From Eledone cirrhosa (taxonomy: Eukaryota): 64,000 nt of DNA. The notes beneath the pieces are model-generated. The model worked only from the letters and a program-made list of their open reading frames with translations. It was not told the DNA's origin and did no database searches. The position numbers and the translations under genes are program-made. The DNA is taken from positions 13,578,001-13,642,000 of the forward strand of contig OZ024740.1 of NCBI GenBank assembly GCA_964016885.1. The letters run 5' to 3'. Shown piece after piece: positions 24,130-38,000 of the stretch (positions are counted from its first letter, which is position 1; each line of letters starts with the position of its first letter).

Positions 24130-27100
24130 TCTGGTAGTCAGAATGGTGTTCTGGTAGTCAGAATGGTGTTCTGGTAGTCAGAATGGTGTTCTGGTAGTCA
24201 AAATGGTGTTCTGGTAGTCAGAATGTTTTTTCTGGTAGTCAGAATGGTGTTCTGGTAGTCAGAGTGGTGTTCTGGTAGTCAGAATGGTGTTCTGGTAGTC
24301 AAAATGGTGTTCTGATAGTCACAATGGTGTTCTGGTAGTCAGACTGGTGTTCTGGTAGTCAGAATGGTGTTCTGGTAGTCAGAATAGTTCTGGTAGTCAG
24401 ACTGATGTTCTGGTAGTCAGAATGGTGTTCTGGTAGTCAGACTGGTGTTCTGGTAGTCAGACTGGTGTTTTTGGTAGTCAGAATGGTGTTCTGGTAGTCA
24501 GAATGGTGTTCTGGTAGTCAGACTTATGTTCTGGTAGTCAGAATTTTGTTCTGGTAGTCAGAATGGTGTTCTAATAGTCATAATGTTGTTCTGGTAGTCA
24601 GAATGGTATTCTGGTAGTCAGAATGGTGTTCTGGTAGTCAGAATGGTGTTCTGTTAGTCAAAATGGTGTTCTGGTAGTCAAAATGGTGTTCTGGTAGTCA
24701 GAATGGTGTTCTGGTAGTCAGAATGGTGTTCTGGTAGTCAGAATGGTGTTCTGGTAGTCAAAATGGTGTTCTGGTATTCAAAATGGTGTTCTGATAGTCA
24801 GACTGGTGTTCTGGTAGTCAGACTGGTGTTCTAGTAGTCAGAATAGTTCTGGTAGTCAGACTGATGTTTTGGTAGTCAGAATGGTGTTCTGGTAGTCAGA
24901 CTGGTGTTCTGGTAGTCAGACTGGTGTTCTGGTAGTCAAAATGGTGTTCTGGTAGTCAAAATGGTGTTCTGGTAGTCAGAATGGTGTTCTGGTAGTCAGA
25001 CTGGTGTTCTAGTAGTCATAATGGTGTTCTGGTAGTCAGAATGGCGTTCTGGTAGTCAGAATGGTGTTCTGGTAGTCAGACTGATGTTCTGGTAGTCAGA
25101 ATGGTTCTGGTAGTCAGAATGGTGTTCTGGTAGTCAGACTGATGTTCTGGTAGTCAGAATGGTGTTCTGCTAGTCAGAATGGTGTTCTGGCAGTCAGACT
25201 GGTGTTCTGGTAGTGAGAATGGTGTTCTGGTAGTCAGAATGGTGTTCTGGTAGTCAGAATGGTGTTCTGGTAGTCAGAATGGTGTTCTGGTAGTCAGAAT
25301 GGTGTTCTTGTAGTCAGACTGCTGTTCTGGTAGTCAGAATGGTGTTCTGGTAGTCAGACTGATGTTCTGGTAGTCAGACTGGTGTTCTGGTAGTCAGACT
25401 GGTGTTCTGGTAGTCAGACTGGTGTTCTGGTAGTCAGAATGGTGTTCTGGTAGTCACAATGGTGTTCTGCTAGTCAGAATGGTGTTCTGGTAGTTAGAAT
25501 GGATTTTCTGGTAGTCAGAATGGTGTTCTGGTAGTCCGAATGGTGTTTCGGTAGTCAGAATGGTGTTCTGGTAGTCAGACTGCTATTCTGGTAGTCAGAC
25601 TGGTGTTCTGGTAGTCAGACTTGTTCTGGTAGTCAGACTAGTGTTCTGGTAGTCAGACTGGTGTTCTGGTAGTCAGAATGGTGTTCTGGTAGTTAGAATG
25701 GTTCTGGTAGTCAGAATGGTCTTCTGGTAGTCAGAATGGTGTTCTGGTAGTCAGACTGGTGTTCTGGTAGTCAGAATGGTGTTCTGGTAGTCAGCCTGGT
25801 GTTCTGGTAGTCAGACTGCTATTCTGGTAGTCAGACTGGTGTTCTGGTAGTCAGACTTGTTCTGGTAGTCAGACTAGTGTTCTGGCAGTCAGACTGGTGT
25901 TCTGGTAGTCAGAATGGTGTTCTGGTAGTCAGAATGGTTCTGATAGTCAGAATGGTTCTGGTAGTCAGAATGGTTCTGGTAGTCAGAAGGGTGTTCTGGT
26001 AGTCAGAATGGTGTTCTGGTAGTCAGAATGGTGTTCTGGTAGTCAGACTGGTGCTATGGTAGTTACAATGGTGTTCTGGTAGTCAGAATGGTTCTGGTAG
26101 TGAGAATGGTGTTCTGGTAGTCAGAATGGTGTTCTGGTAGTCAGAATGGTGTTCTGGTAGTCAGAATGGTTCTGGTAGTGAGAATGGTGTTCTGGTAGTC
26201 AGAATGGTCTTCTGGTAGTCAGAATGGTGTTCTGGTAGTCAAAATGGTGTTCTGGTAGTCAGAATGGTGTTCTGGTAGTCAGAATGGTGTTCTGGTAGTC
26301 AGAATGGTGTTCTAGTAGTCAAAATGGTGTTCTGGTAGTCATAATGGTGTTCTGGTAGTCAGAATGGTGTTCAGGTAGTCAGAATGGTGTTCTGGTAGTC
26401 ACAATGGTGTTCTGGTAGTCAGAATGTTTTTTCTGGTAGTCAAAATGGTGTTCTGGTAGTCAGAATGGTGTTCTGGTAGTCAGAATGGTGTTCTGGTAGT
26501 CAAAATGGTGTTCTGATAGTCACAATGGTGTTCTGGTAGTCAGACTGGTGTTCTGGTAGTCAGAATGGTGTTCTGGTAGTCAGAATAGTTCTGGTAGTCA
26601 GACTGATGTTCTGGTAGTCAGAATGGTGTTCTGGTAGTCAGACTGGTGTTCTGGTAGTCAGACTGGTGTTTTTGGTAGTCAGAATGGTGTTCTGGTAGTC
26701 AGAATGGTGTTCTGGTAGTCAGACTTATGTTCTGGTAGTCAGAATTTTGTTCTGGTAGTCAGAATGGTGTTCTAATAGTCAGAATGTTGTTCTGGTAGTC
26801 AGAATGGTGTTCTGGTAGTCAGAATGGTGTTCTGGTAGTCAGAATGGTGTTCTGTTAGTCAAAATGGAGTTCTGGTAGTCAAAATGGTGTTCTGGTAGTC
26901 AGAATGGTGTTCTGGTAGTCAGAATGGTGTTCTGGTAGTCAGAATGGTGTTCTGGTAGTCAAAATGGTGTTCTGGTATTCAAAATGGTGTTCTGATAGTC
27001 AGACTGGTGTTCTGGTAGTCAGACTGGTGTTCTAGTAGTCAGAATAGTTCTGGTAGTCAGACTGATGTTTTGGTAGTCAGAATGGTGTTCTGGTAGTCAG

Positions 27101-28840
27101 ACTGGTGTTCTGGTAGTCAGACTGGTGTTCTGGTAGTCAAAATGGTGTTCTGGTAGTCAAAATGGTGTTCTGCTAGTCAGAATGGTGTTCTGGTAGTCAG
27201 ACTGGTGTTCTAGTAGTCATAATGGTGTTCTGGTAGTCAGAATGGTGTTCTGGTAGTCAGACTTGTTCTGGTAGTCAGACTAGTGTTCTGGTAGTCAGAC
27301 TGGTGTTCTGGTAGTCAGAATGGTGTTCTGGTAGTTAGAATGGTTCTGGTAGTCAGAATGGTCTTCTGGTAGTCAGAATGGTGTTCTGGTAGTCAGACTG
27401 GTGTTCTGGTAGTCAGAATGGTGTTCTGGTAGTCAGCCTGGTGTTCTGGTAGTCAGACTGCTATTCTGGTAGTCAGACTGGTGTTCTGGTAGTCAGACTT
27501 GTTCTGGTAGTCAGACTAGTGTTCTGGCAGTCAGACTGGTGTTCTGGTAGTCAGAATGGTGTTCTGGTAGTCAGAATGGTTCTGATAGTCAGAATGGTTC
27601 TGGTAGTCAGAATGGTTCTGGTAGTCAGAAGGGTGTTCTGGTAGTCAGAATGGTGTTCTGGTAGTCAGAATGGTGTTCTGGTAGTCAGACTGGTGCTATG
27701 GTAGTTACAATGGTGTTCTGGTAGTCAGAATGGTTCTGGTAGTGAGAATGGTGTTCTGGTAGTCAGAATGGTGTTCTGGTAGTCAGAATGGTGTTCTGGT
27801 AGTCAGAATGGTTCTGGTAGTGAGAATGGTGTTCTGGTAGTCAGAATGGTCTTCTGGTAGTCAGAATGGTGTTCTGCTAGTCAGAATGGTGTTCTGGTAG
27901 TCAGACTGGTGTTCTGGTAGTCAGAATGGTGTTCTGGTAGTCAGAATGGTGTTCTGGTAGTCAGAATGGTTCTGGTAGTGAGAATGGTGTTCTGGTAGTC
28001 AGAATGGTGTTCTGGTAGTCAGAATGGTGTTCTGGTAGTCAGAATGGTGTTCTGGTAGTCAGACTGGTGTTCTGGTAGTCAGAATGGTGTTCTGGTAGTC
28101 AGACTGATGTTCTGATAGTCAGACTGGTGTTCTGGTAGTCAGACTGGTGTTCTGGTAGTCAGAATGGTGTTCTGGTAGTCAGAATGGTTCTGGTAGTCAG
28201 AATGGTTTTCTGGTAGTCAGAATGGTGTTGTGGTAGTCAGAATGGTGTTCTGGTAGTCAGAATGGTCTTCTGGTAGTCAGAATGGTTCTGGTAGTCAGAA
28301 TGGTGTTCTGGTAGTCAGAATGGTGTTCTGGTAGTCAGAATGGTTCTGGTAGTCAGAATGGTTCTGGTAGTCAGAATGGTGTTCTGGTAGTCAGAATGGT
28401 GTTGTGGTAGTCAGAATGGTGTTCTGGTAGTCAGAATGGTTCTGGTAGTCAGAAAGGTTCTGGTAGTCAGAAAGGTGTTCTGGTAGTCAGAATGGTGTTC
28501 TGGTAGTCAGAATGGTGTTCTGGTATACAGACTTGTGTTCTGGTAATCAGACTGGTGTTCATGTAGTCAGAATGGTGTTCTGGTAGTCAGACTGGTGTTC
28601 TCGTAGTCAGACTGGTGTTCTGGTAGTCAGAATGGTGTTCTGGTAGTCAGAATGGTGTTCTGGTAGTCAGAATGGTGTTCTGGTAGTCAGAATGATATTC
28701 TTGTAGTCAGAATGGTGTTCTGGTAGTCAGAATGGTGTTCCGGTAGTCAGAATAGTGTTATGGTAATCAGAATGGTGTTCTAGTAGTCAGAAGGGTTCTG
28801 GTAGTCAGAATGGTGTTCTGGTAGTCAGAATGGTGTTCTG
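24130..28840. repeat. Dispersed copy of block ~1-5190 (offset ~24128 bp, then 23647 bp after a 481-bp deletion near 27260)
   Basis: AGAATGTTTTTTCT at 91/2293 and 24220/26421; shared rare variants CAGAGTGG (~131, ~24260) and GTTTCGGTAG (~1420, ~25545); TATACAGAC at 4877 and 28524. Confidence 0.85.
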
Positions 28841-30750
28841 GTAGTCAGAATGATTTTCTGGTAGTCAAAATGGTGTTCTGGTAGTCAGAATGGTGTTCTG
28901 GTAGTCAGAATGGTGTTCTGGTAGTCAAAATGGTGTTCTGGTAGTCAGAATGGTGTTCTGATAGTCAAAATGGTGTTCTGGTAGTCAAAATGGTGTTCTG
29001 GTAGTCAGAATGGTGTTCTGGTAGTCAGAATGGTGTTTTGGTAGTCAGAATAGTGTTCTGGTAGTCAAAATGGTGTTCTGGTAGTCAAAATGGTGTTCTG
29101 GTAGTCAGACTGGTGTTCTGGTAGTCAGACTGGTGTTCTAGTAGTCATTATGGTGTTCTGGTAGTCAGAATGGTGTTCTGGTAGTCAGAATGGTGTTCTG
29201 GTAGTCAGAATGGTGTTCTGGTAGTCAAAATGGTGTTCTGGTAGTCAGAATGGTGTTCTGGTAGTCAGAATGGTGTTCTGGTAGTCAGAATGGTGTTCTG
29301 GTAGTCAGACTGATGTTCTGGTAGTCAGAATGGTGTTCTGGTAGTCAGAATGGTGTTCTGGTAGTCAAAATGGTGTTCTGGTAGTCAGAATGGTGTTCTG
29401 GTAGTCAGAATGGTGTTCTAGTAGTCAGAATGGTGTTCTGGTAGTCAAAATGGTGTTCTGTTAGTCAGGATGGTGTTCTGGTAGTCAAAATGGTGTTTTG
29501 GTACTCAGAATGGTGTTCTGGTAGTCAGAATCGTGTTCTGGTAGTCAGAATGGTGTTCTGGTAGTCAGAATGGTGTTCTGGTAGACAGGATGGTGTTCTG
29601 GTAGTCAGAATGGTGTTCTGGTATACAAAATGGTGTTCTGGTAGTCAAAATGGTGTTCTGGTAGTCAGAATGGTGTTCTGGTAGACAGACTGGTGTTCTG
29701 GTAGTCAGACTGGTATTCTGGTAGTCAGACTGGTCTTCTTGTAGTCAGACTTGTTCTGATAGTCAGACTGGTGTTCTGGTAGTCAGAATGGTGTTCTGGT
29801 AGTCAGAATGGTGTTCTGGTAGTCAGAACGGTGTTCTGGTAGTCAGACTGGAGTTTTGGTATTCAGACTGGTGTTCTGGTAGTCAGATTGGTGTTCTGGT
29901 AATCAGAATGGTTCTGGTAGTCAGAATGGTTCTGGTAGTCAGAATGGTGTTCTGGTAGTCAGCCTGATGTTCTGGTCGACAGACTGGTGTTCTGGTAGTC
30001 AGACTGGTGTTCTGGTAGTCAGCCTTATGTTCTGGTAGACAGACTGGTGTTCTGGTAGTCAGCCTGATGTTCTGGTAGTCATATTGGGGTTCTGGTAGTC
30101 AGCCTGATGTTCTGGTAGTCAGAATGGTGTTCTGGTAGTCAGACTGATGTTCTGGTAGTCAGAATTGTGTTCTGGCAGTCAGAATGGTGTTCTAATAGTC
30201 AGAATGGTGTTCTGGTAGTCAGAATGGTGTTCTGGTAGTCAGAATGTTGTTCTGGTAGTCAGAATCGTGTTCTGGTAGTCAGAATGGTGTTCTGGTAGTC
30301 AGAATGGTGTTCTGGTAGTCAGAATGGTGTTCTGGTAGTCAGACTGATGTTCTGGTAGTCAGAATGGTGTTCTGGTAGTCCGAATAGTGTCCTGGTAGTC
30401 AGACTGGTGTTCTGGTAGTCAGACTAGTGTTCTGGTAGTCAGAATGGTGTTCTGGTAGTCAGAATGTAGTTCTGGTAGTCAGACTGGTGTTCTATTAGTC
30501 AGAATGGTGTTCTGGTAGTCAGCCTGATGTTCTGGTAGTCAGAATATTATTCTGGTAGTCAGACTGGTGTTCTGGTAGTCAGACTGGTGTTCTGGTAGTC
30601 AGAATGGTGTTCTGGTAGTCATAATTGTGTTCTGGTAGTCAGAATGGTGTTCTAGTAGTCAGAATGGTGTTCTGCTAGTCAGAATGGTGTTCTGGTAGTC
30701 AGAATGGTGTTCTGGTAGTCAGAATCGTGTTCTGGTAGTCACAATGGTGT
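26236..30750. repeat. Copy of block ~18000-22890 (offset 8236 bp, then ~7755-7855 bp)
   Basis: AGAATGTTTTTTCT 18185/26421; TATACAGAC 20769/28524; AGACAGGAT 21808/29583; GTCGAC 22160/29975; both copies share CATATTGGGG and AGCCTTATG. Confidence 0.85.
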
Positions 30751-32089
30751 TCTGGTAGTCAGAATGGTGTTCTGGTAGTCAGAATGGTGTTCTGGTAGTC
30801 AGAATGGTGTTCTGGTAGTCAGACTGATGTTCTGGTAGTCAGAATGGTGTTCTGTTAGTCAGAATGGTGTTCTGGTAGTCAGAATGATGTTCTGGTAGTC
30901 AGAATGGTGTTCTGGTAGTCAAAATGGTGTTCTGGTAGTCAGAATGGTGTTCTGATAGTCAAAATGGTGTTCTGGTAGTCAAAATGGTGTTCTGGTAGTC
31001 AGAATGGTGTTCTGGTAGTCAGACTTGTTCTGGTAGTCAGACTAGTGTTCTGGTAGTCATACTGGTGTTCTGGTAGTCAGAATGGTGTTCTGGTAGTCAG
31101 AACGGTTCTGGTAGTCAGAATGGTTCTGGTAGTCAGAAGGGTGTTCTGGTAGTCAGAATGGTGTTCTGGTAGTCAGAATGGTGTTCTGGTAGTCAGAATG
31201 GTGTTCTGGTAGTCAAAATGGTGTTCTGGTAGTCAAAATGGTGTTCTGGTAGTCAGAATGGTGTTCTGGTAGTCAGAATGGTGTTCTGGTAGTCAGAATG
31301 GTGTTCTGGTAGTCAGAATGGTGTTCTGTTAATCAGACTGATGTTCTGGTAGTCAGAATGGTGTTCTGGTAGTCAGAATGATGTTCTGGTAGTCAAAATG
31401 GTGTTCTGGTAGTCAGAATGGTGTTCTGATAGTCAGAATGGTGTTCTGGTAGTCAGAATGGTGTTCTGGTAGTCAAAATGGTGTTCTGGTAGTCAGAATG
31501 GTGTTCTGGTAGTCAGAATGGTGTTCTGGTAGTCAAAATGGTGTTCTGTTAGTCAAAATGGTGTTCTGGTAGTCAGAAAGGTGTTCTGGTTGTCAGAATG
31601 GTGTTCTGGTAGTCAGAATGGTGTTCTGGCAGTCAGAATGGTGTTCTGGTAGTCAGACTGGTGTTCTGGTAGTCAGAATGGTGTTCTGGTAGTCAGAATG
31701 ATGTTCTGGTAGTCAAAATGGTGTTCTGGTAGTCAGAATAGTGTTCTAGTAGTCAGAGTGGTGTTCTGGTAGTCAAAATGGTGTTCTGGTAGTCAGAATT
31801 GTGTTCTGGTAGTCAAAATGGTGTTCTGGTAGTCAGAATGGTGTTCTGGTAGTCAGAATGGTGTTCTGGTAGTCAGAATGGTGTTCTGGTAGTCAGAATG
31901 GTGTTCTGGTAGTCAAAATGGTGTTCTGGTAGTCAAAATGGTGTTCTGGTAGTCAGAATGGTGTTCTGGTAGTCAGAATGGTGTTCTGGTAGTCAGAATG
32001 GTGTTCTGGTAGTCAGAATGGCGTTCTGGTAGTCAAAATGGTTTTATGGTAGTCAGAATGGTGTTCTGGTAGTCAGAATGGTGTTCTGG

Positions 32090-35000
32090 TAGTCAGAATG
32101 GTGTTCTGGTAGTCAAAATGGTGTTCTGGTAGTCAGAATGGTGTTCTGGTAGTCAGAATGGTGTTCTGGTAGTCAGAATGGTGTTCTAGTAGTCAAAATG
32201 GTGTTCTGGTAGTCAGAATGGTGTTCTGGTAGTCAGAATGGTGTTCTGGTAGTCAGAATGGTGTTCTGGTAGTCAAAATGGTGTTCTGGTAGTCAGAATG
32301 TTTTTTCTGGTAGTCAGAATGGTGTTCTGGTAGTCAGAATGGTGTTCTGGTAGTCAGAATGGTGTTCTGGTAGTCAAAATGGTGTTCTGATAGTCACAAT
32401 GGTGTTCTGGTAGTCAGACTGGTGTTCTGGTAGTCAGAATGGTGTTCTGGTAGTCAGAATAGTTCTGGTAGTCAGACTGATGTTCTGGTAGTCAGAATGG
32501 TGTTCTGGTAGTCAGACTGGTGTTCTGGTAGTCAGACTGGTGTTTTTGGTAGTCAGAATGGTGTTCTGGTAGTCAGAATGGTGTTCTGGTAGTCAGACTT
32601 ATGTTCTGGTAGTCAGAATTTTGTTCTGGTAGTCAGAATGGTGTTCTAATAGTCATAATGTTGTTCTGGTAGTCAGAATGGTGTTCTGGTAGTCAGAATG
32701 GTGTTCTGGTAGTCAGAATGGTGTTCTGTTAGTCAAAATGGTGTTCTGGTAGTCAAAATGGTGTTCTGGTAGTCAGAATGGTGTTCTGGTAGTCAGAATG
32801 GTGTTCTGGTAGTCAGAATGGTGTTCTGGTAGTCAAAATGGTGTTCTGGTATTCAAAATGGTGTTCTGATAGTCATACTGGTGTTCTGGTAGTCAGACTG
32901 GTGTTCTAGTAGTCAGAATAGTTCTGGTAGTCAGACTGATGTTTTGGTAGTCAGAATGGTGTTCTGGTAGTCAGACTGGTGTTCTGGTAGTCAGACTGGT
33001 GTTCTGGTAGTCAAAATGGTGTTCTGGTAGTCAAAATGGTGTTCTGGTAGTCAGAATGGTGTTCTGGTAGTCAGACTGGTGTTCTAGTAGTCATAATGGT
33101 GTTCTGGTAGTCAGAATGGCGTTCTGGTAGTCAGAATGGTGTTCTGGTAGTCAGACTGATGTTCTGGTAGTCAGAATGGTGTTCTGGTAGTCAGAATGGT
33201 GTTCTGGTAGTCAGACTGATGTTCTGGTAGTCAGAATGGTGTTCTGCTAGTCAGAATGGTGTTCTGGCAGTCAGACTGGTGTTCTGGTAGTGAGAATGGT
33301 GTTCTGGTAGTCAGAATGGTGTTCTGGTAGTCAGAATGGTGTTCTGGTAGTCAGAATGGTGTTCTGGTAGTCAGAATGGTGTTCTTGTAGTCAGACTGCT
33401 GTTCTGGTAGTCAGAATGGTGTTCTGGTAGTCAGACTGATGTTCTGGTAGTCAGACTGGTGTTCTGGTAGTCAGACTGGTGTTCTGGTAGTCAGACTGGT
33501 GTTCTGGTAGTCAGAATGGTGTTCTGGTAGTCACAATGGTGTTCTGCTAGTCAGAATGGTGTTCTGGTAGTTAGAATGGATTTTCTGGTAGTCAGAATGG
33601 TGTTCTGGTAGTCCGAATGGTGTTCCGGTAGTCAGAATGGTGTTCTGGTAGTCAGACTGCTATTCTGGTAGTCAGACTGGTGTTCTGGTAGTCAGACTTG
33701 TTCTGGTAGTCAGACTAGTGTTCTGGTAGTCAGACTGGTGTTCTGGTAGTCAGAATGGTGTTCTGGTAGTTAGAATGGTTCTGGTAGTCAGAATGGTCTT
33801 CTGGTAGTCAGAATGGTGTTCTGGTAGTCAGACTGGTGTTCTGGTAGTCAGAATGGTGTTCTGGTAGTCAGCCTGGTGTTCTGGTAGTCAGACTGCTATT
33901 CTGGTAGTCAGACTGGTGTTCTGGTAGTCAGACTTGTTCTGGTAGTCAGACTAGTGTTCTGGCAGTCAGACTGGTGTTCTGGTAGTCAGAATGGTGTTCT
34001 GGTAGTCAGAATGGTTCTGATAGTCAGAATGGTTCTGGTAGTCAGAATGGTTCTGGTAGTCAGAAGGGTGTTCTGGTAGTCAGAATGGTGTTCTGGTAGT
34101 CAGAATGGTGTTCTGGTAGTCAGACTGGTGCTATGGTAGTTACAATGGTGTTCTGGTAGTCAGAATGGTTCTGGTAGTGAGAATGGTGTTCTGGTAGTCA
34201 GAATGGTGTTCTGGTAGTCAGAATGGTGTTCTGGTAGTCAGAATGGTTCTGGTAGTGAGAATGGTGTTCTGGTAGTCAGAATGGTCTTCTGGTAGTCAGA
34301 ATGGTGTTCTGCTAGTCAGAATGGTGTTCTGGTAGTCAGACTGGTGTTCTGGTAGTCAGAATGGTGTTCTGGTAGTCAGAATGGTGTTCTGGTAGTCAGA
34401 ATGGTTCTGGTAGTGTGAATGGTGTTCTGGTAGTCAGAATGGTGTTCTGGTAGTCAGAATGGTGTTCTGGTAGTCAGAATGGTGTTCTGGTAGTCAGACT
34501 GGTGTTCTGGTAGTCAGAATGGTGTTCTGGTAGTCAGACTGATGTTCTGATAGTCAGACTGGTGTTCTGGTAGTCAGACTGGTGTTCTGGTAGTCAGAAT
34601 GGTGTTCTGGTAGTCAGAATGGTTCTGGTAGTCAGAATGGTTTTCTGGTAGTCAGAATGGTGTTGTGGTAGTCAGAATGGTGTTCTGGTAGTCAGAATGG
34701 TCTTCTGGTAGTCAGAATGGTTCTGGTAGTCAGAATGGTGTTCTGGTAGTCAGAATGGTGTTCTGGTAGTCAGAATGGTTCTGGTAGTCAGAATGGTTCT
34801 GGTAGTCAGAATGGTGTTCTGGTAGTCAGAATGGTGTTGTGGCAGTCAGAATGGTGTTCTGGTAGTCAGAATGGTTCTGGTAGTCAGAAAGGTTCTGGTA
34901 GTCAGAAAGGTGTTCTGGTAGTCAGAATGGTGTTCTGGTAGTCAGAATGGTGTTCTGGTATACAGACTTGTGTTCTGGTAATCAGACTGGTGTTCATGTA

Positions 35001-38000
35001 GTCAGAATGGTGTTGTGGTAGTCAGAATGGTGTTCTGGTAGTCAGAATGGTCTTCTGGTAGTCAGAATGGTTCTGGTAGTCAGAATGGTGTTCTGGTAGT
35101 CAAAATGGTGTTCTGGTAGTCAGAATGGTGTTCTGGTAGTCAGAATGGTGTTCTGGTAGTCAGAATGGTGTTCTAGTAGTCAAAATGGTGTTCTGGTAGT
35201 CAGAATGGTGTTCTGGTAGTCAGAATGGTGTTCTGGTAGTCAGAATGGTGTTCTGGTAGTCAAAATGGTGTTCTGGTAGTCAGAATGTTTTTTCTGGTAG
35301 TCAGAATGGTGTTCTGGTAGTCAGAATGGTGTTCTGGTAGTCAGAATGGTGTTCTGGTAGTCAAAATGGTGTTCTGATAGTCACAATGGTGTTCTGGTAG
35401 TCAGACTGGTGTTCTGGTAGTCAGAATGGTGTTCTGGTAGTCAGAATAGTTCTGGTAGTCAGACTGATGTTCTGGTAGTCAGAATGGTGTTCTGGTAGTC
35501 AGACTGGTGTTCTGGTAGTCAGACTGGTGTTTTTGGTAGTCAGAATGGTGTTCTGGTAGTCAGAATGGTGTTCTGGTAGTCAGAATGGTTCTGATAGTCA
35601 GAATGGTTCTGGTAGTCAGAATGGTTCTGGTAGTCAGAAGGGTGTTCTGGTAGTCAGAATGGTGTTCTGGTAGTCAGAATGGTGTTCTGGTAGTCAGACT
35701 GGTGCTATGGTAGTTACAATGGTGTTCTGGTAGTCAGAATGGTTCTGGTAGTGAGAATGGTGTTCTGGTAGTCAGAATGGTGTTCTGGTAGTCAGAATGG
35801 TGTTCTGGTAGTCAGAATGGTTCTGGTAGTGAGAATGGTGTTCTGGTAGTCAGAATGGTCTTCTGGTAGTCAGAATGGTGTTCTGCTAGTCAGAATGGTG
35901 TTCTGGTAGTCAGACTGGTGTTCTGGTAGTCAGAATGGTGTTCTGGTAGTCAGAATGGTGTTCTGGTAGTCAGAATGGTTCTGGTAGTGTGAATGGTGTT
36001 CTGGTAGTCAGAATGGTGTTCTGGTAGTCAGAATGGTGTTCTGGTAGTCAGAATGGTGTTCTGGTAGTCAGACTGGTGTTCTGGTAGTCAGAATGGTGTT
36101 CTGGTAGTCAGACTGATGTTCTGATAGTCAGACTGGTGTTCTGGTAGTCAGACTGGTGTTCTGGTAGTCAGAATGGTGTTCTGGTAGTCAGAATGGTTCT
36201 GGTAGTCAGAATGGTTTTCTGGTAGTCAGAATGGTGTTGTGGTAGTCAGAATGGTGTTCTGGTAGTCAGAATGGTCTTCTGGTAGTCAGAATGGTTCTGG
36301 TAGTCAGAATGGTGTTCTGGTAGTCAGAATGGTGTTCTGGTAGTCAGAATGGTTCTGGTAGTCAGAATGGTTCTGGTAGTCAGAATGGTGTTCTGGTAGT
36401 CAGAATGGTGTTGTGGCAGTCAGAATGGTGTTCTGGTAGTCAGAATGGTTCTGGTAGTCAGAAAGGTTCTGGTAGTCAGAAAGGTGTTCTGGTAGTCAGA
36501 ATGGTGTTCTGGTAGTCAGAATGGTGTTCTGGTATACAGACTTGTGTTCTGGTAATCAGACTGGTGTTCATGTAGTCAGAATGGTGTTGTGGTAGTCAGA
36601 ATGGTGTTCTGGTAGTCAGAATGGTCTTCTGGTAGTCAGAATGGTTCTGGTAGTCAGAATGGTGTTCTGGTAGTCAAAATGGTGTTCTGGTAGTCAGAAT
36701 GGTGTTCTGGTAGTCAGAATGGTGTTCTGGTAGTCAGAATGGTGTTCTAGTAGTCAAAATGGTGTTCTGGTAGTCAGAATGGTGTTCTGGTAGTCAGAAT
36801 GGTGTTCTGGTAGTCAGAATGGTGTTCTGGTAGTCAAAATGGTGTTCTGGTAGTCAGAATGTTTTTTCTGGTAGTCAGAATGGTGTTCTGGTAGTCAGAA
36901 TGGTGTTCTGGTAGTCAGAATGGTGTTCTGGTAGTCAAAATGGTGTTCTGATAGTCACAATGGTGTTCTGGTAGTCAGACTGGTGTTCTGGTAGTCAGAA
37001 TGGTGTTCTGGTAGTCAGAATAGTTCTGGTAGTCAGACTGATGTTCTGGTAGTCAGAATGGTGTTCTGGTAGTCAGACTGGTGTTCTGGTAGTCAGACTG
37101 GTGTTTTTGGTAGTCAGAATGGTGTTCTGGTAGTCAGAATGGTGTTCTGGTAGTCAGACTTATGTTCTGGTAGTCAGAATTTTGTTCTGGTAGTCAGAAT
37201 GGTGTTCTAATAGTCATAATGTTGTTCTGGTAGTCAGAATGGTGTTCTGGTAGTCAGAATGGTGTTCTGGTAGTCAGAATGGTGTTCTGTTAGTCAAAAT
37301 GGTGTTCTGGTAGTCAAAATGGTGTTCTGGTAGTCAGAATGGTGTTCTGGTAGTCAGAATGGTGTTCTGGTAGTCAGAATGGTGTTCTGGTAGTCAAAAT
37401 GGTGTTCTGGTATTCAAAATGGTGTTCTGATAGTCATACTGGTGTTCTGGTAGTCAGACTGGTGTTCTAGTAGTCAGAATAGTTCTGGTAGTCAGACTGA
37501 TGTTTTGGTAGTCAGAATGGTGTTCTGGTAGTCAGACTGGTGTTCTGGTAGTCAGACTGGTGTTCTGGTAGTCAAAATGGTGTTCTGGTAGTCAAAATGG
37601 TGTTCTGGTAGTCAGAATGGTGTTCTGGTAGTCAGACTGGTGTTCTAGTAGTCATAATGGTGTTCTGGTAGTCAGAATGGCGTTCTGGTAGTCAGAATGG
37701 TGTTCTGGTAGTCAGACTGATGTTCTGGTAGTCAGAATGGTGTTCTGGTAGTCAGAATGGTGTTCTGGTAGTCAGACTGATGTTCTGGTAGTCAGAATGG
37801 TGTTCTGCTAGTCAGAATGGTGTTCTGGCAGTCAGACTGGTGTTCTGGTAGTGAGAATGGTGTTCTGGTAGTCAGAATGGTGTTCTGGTAGTCAGAATGG
37901 TGTTCTGGTAGTCAGAATGGTGTTCTGGTAGTCAGAATGGTGTTCTTGTAGTCAGACTGCTGTTCTGGTAGTCAGAATGGTGTTCTGGTAGTCAGACTGA

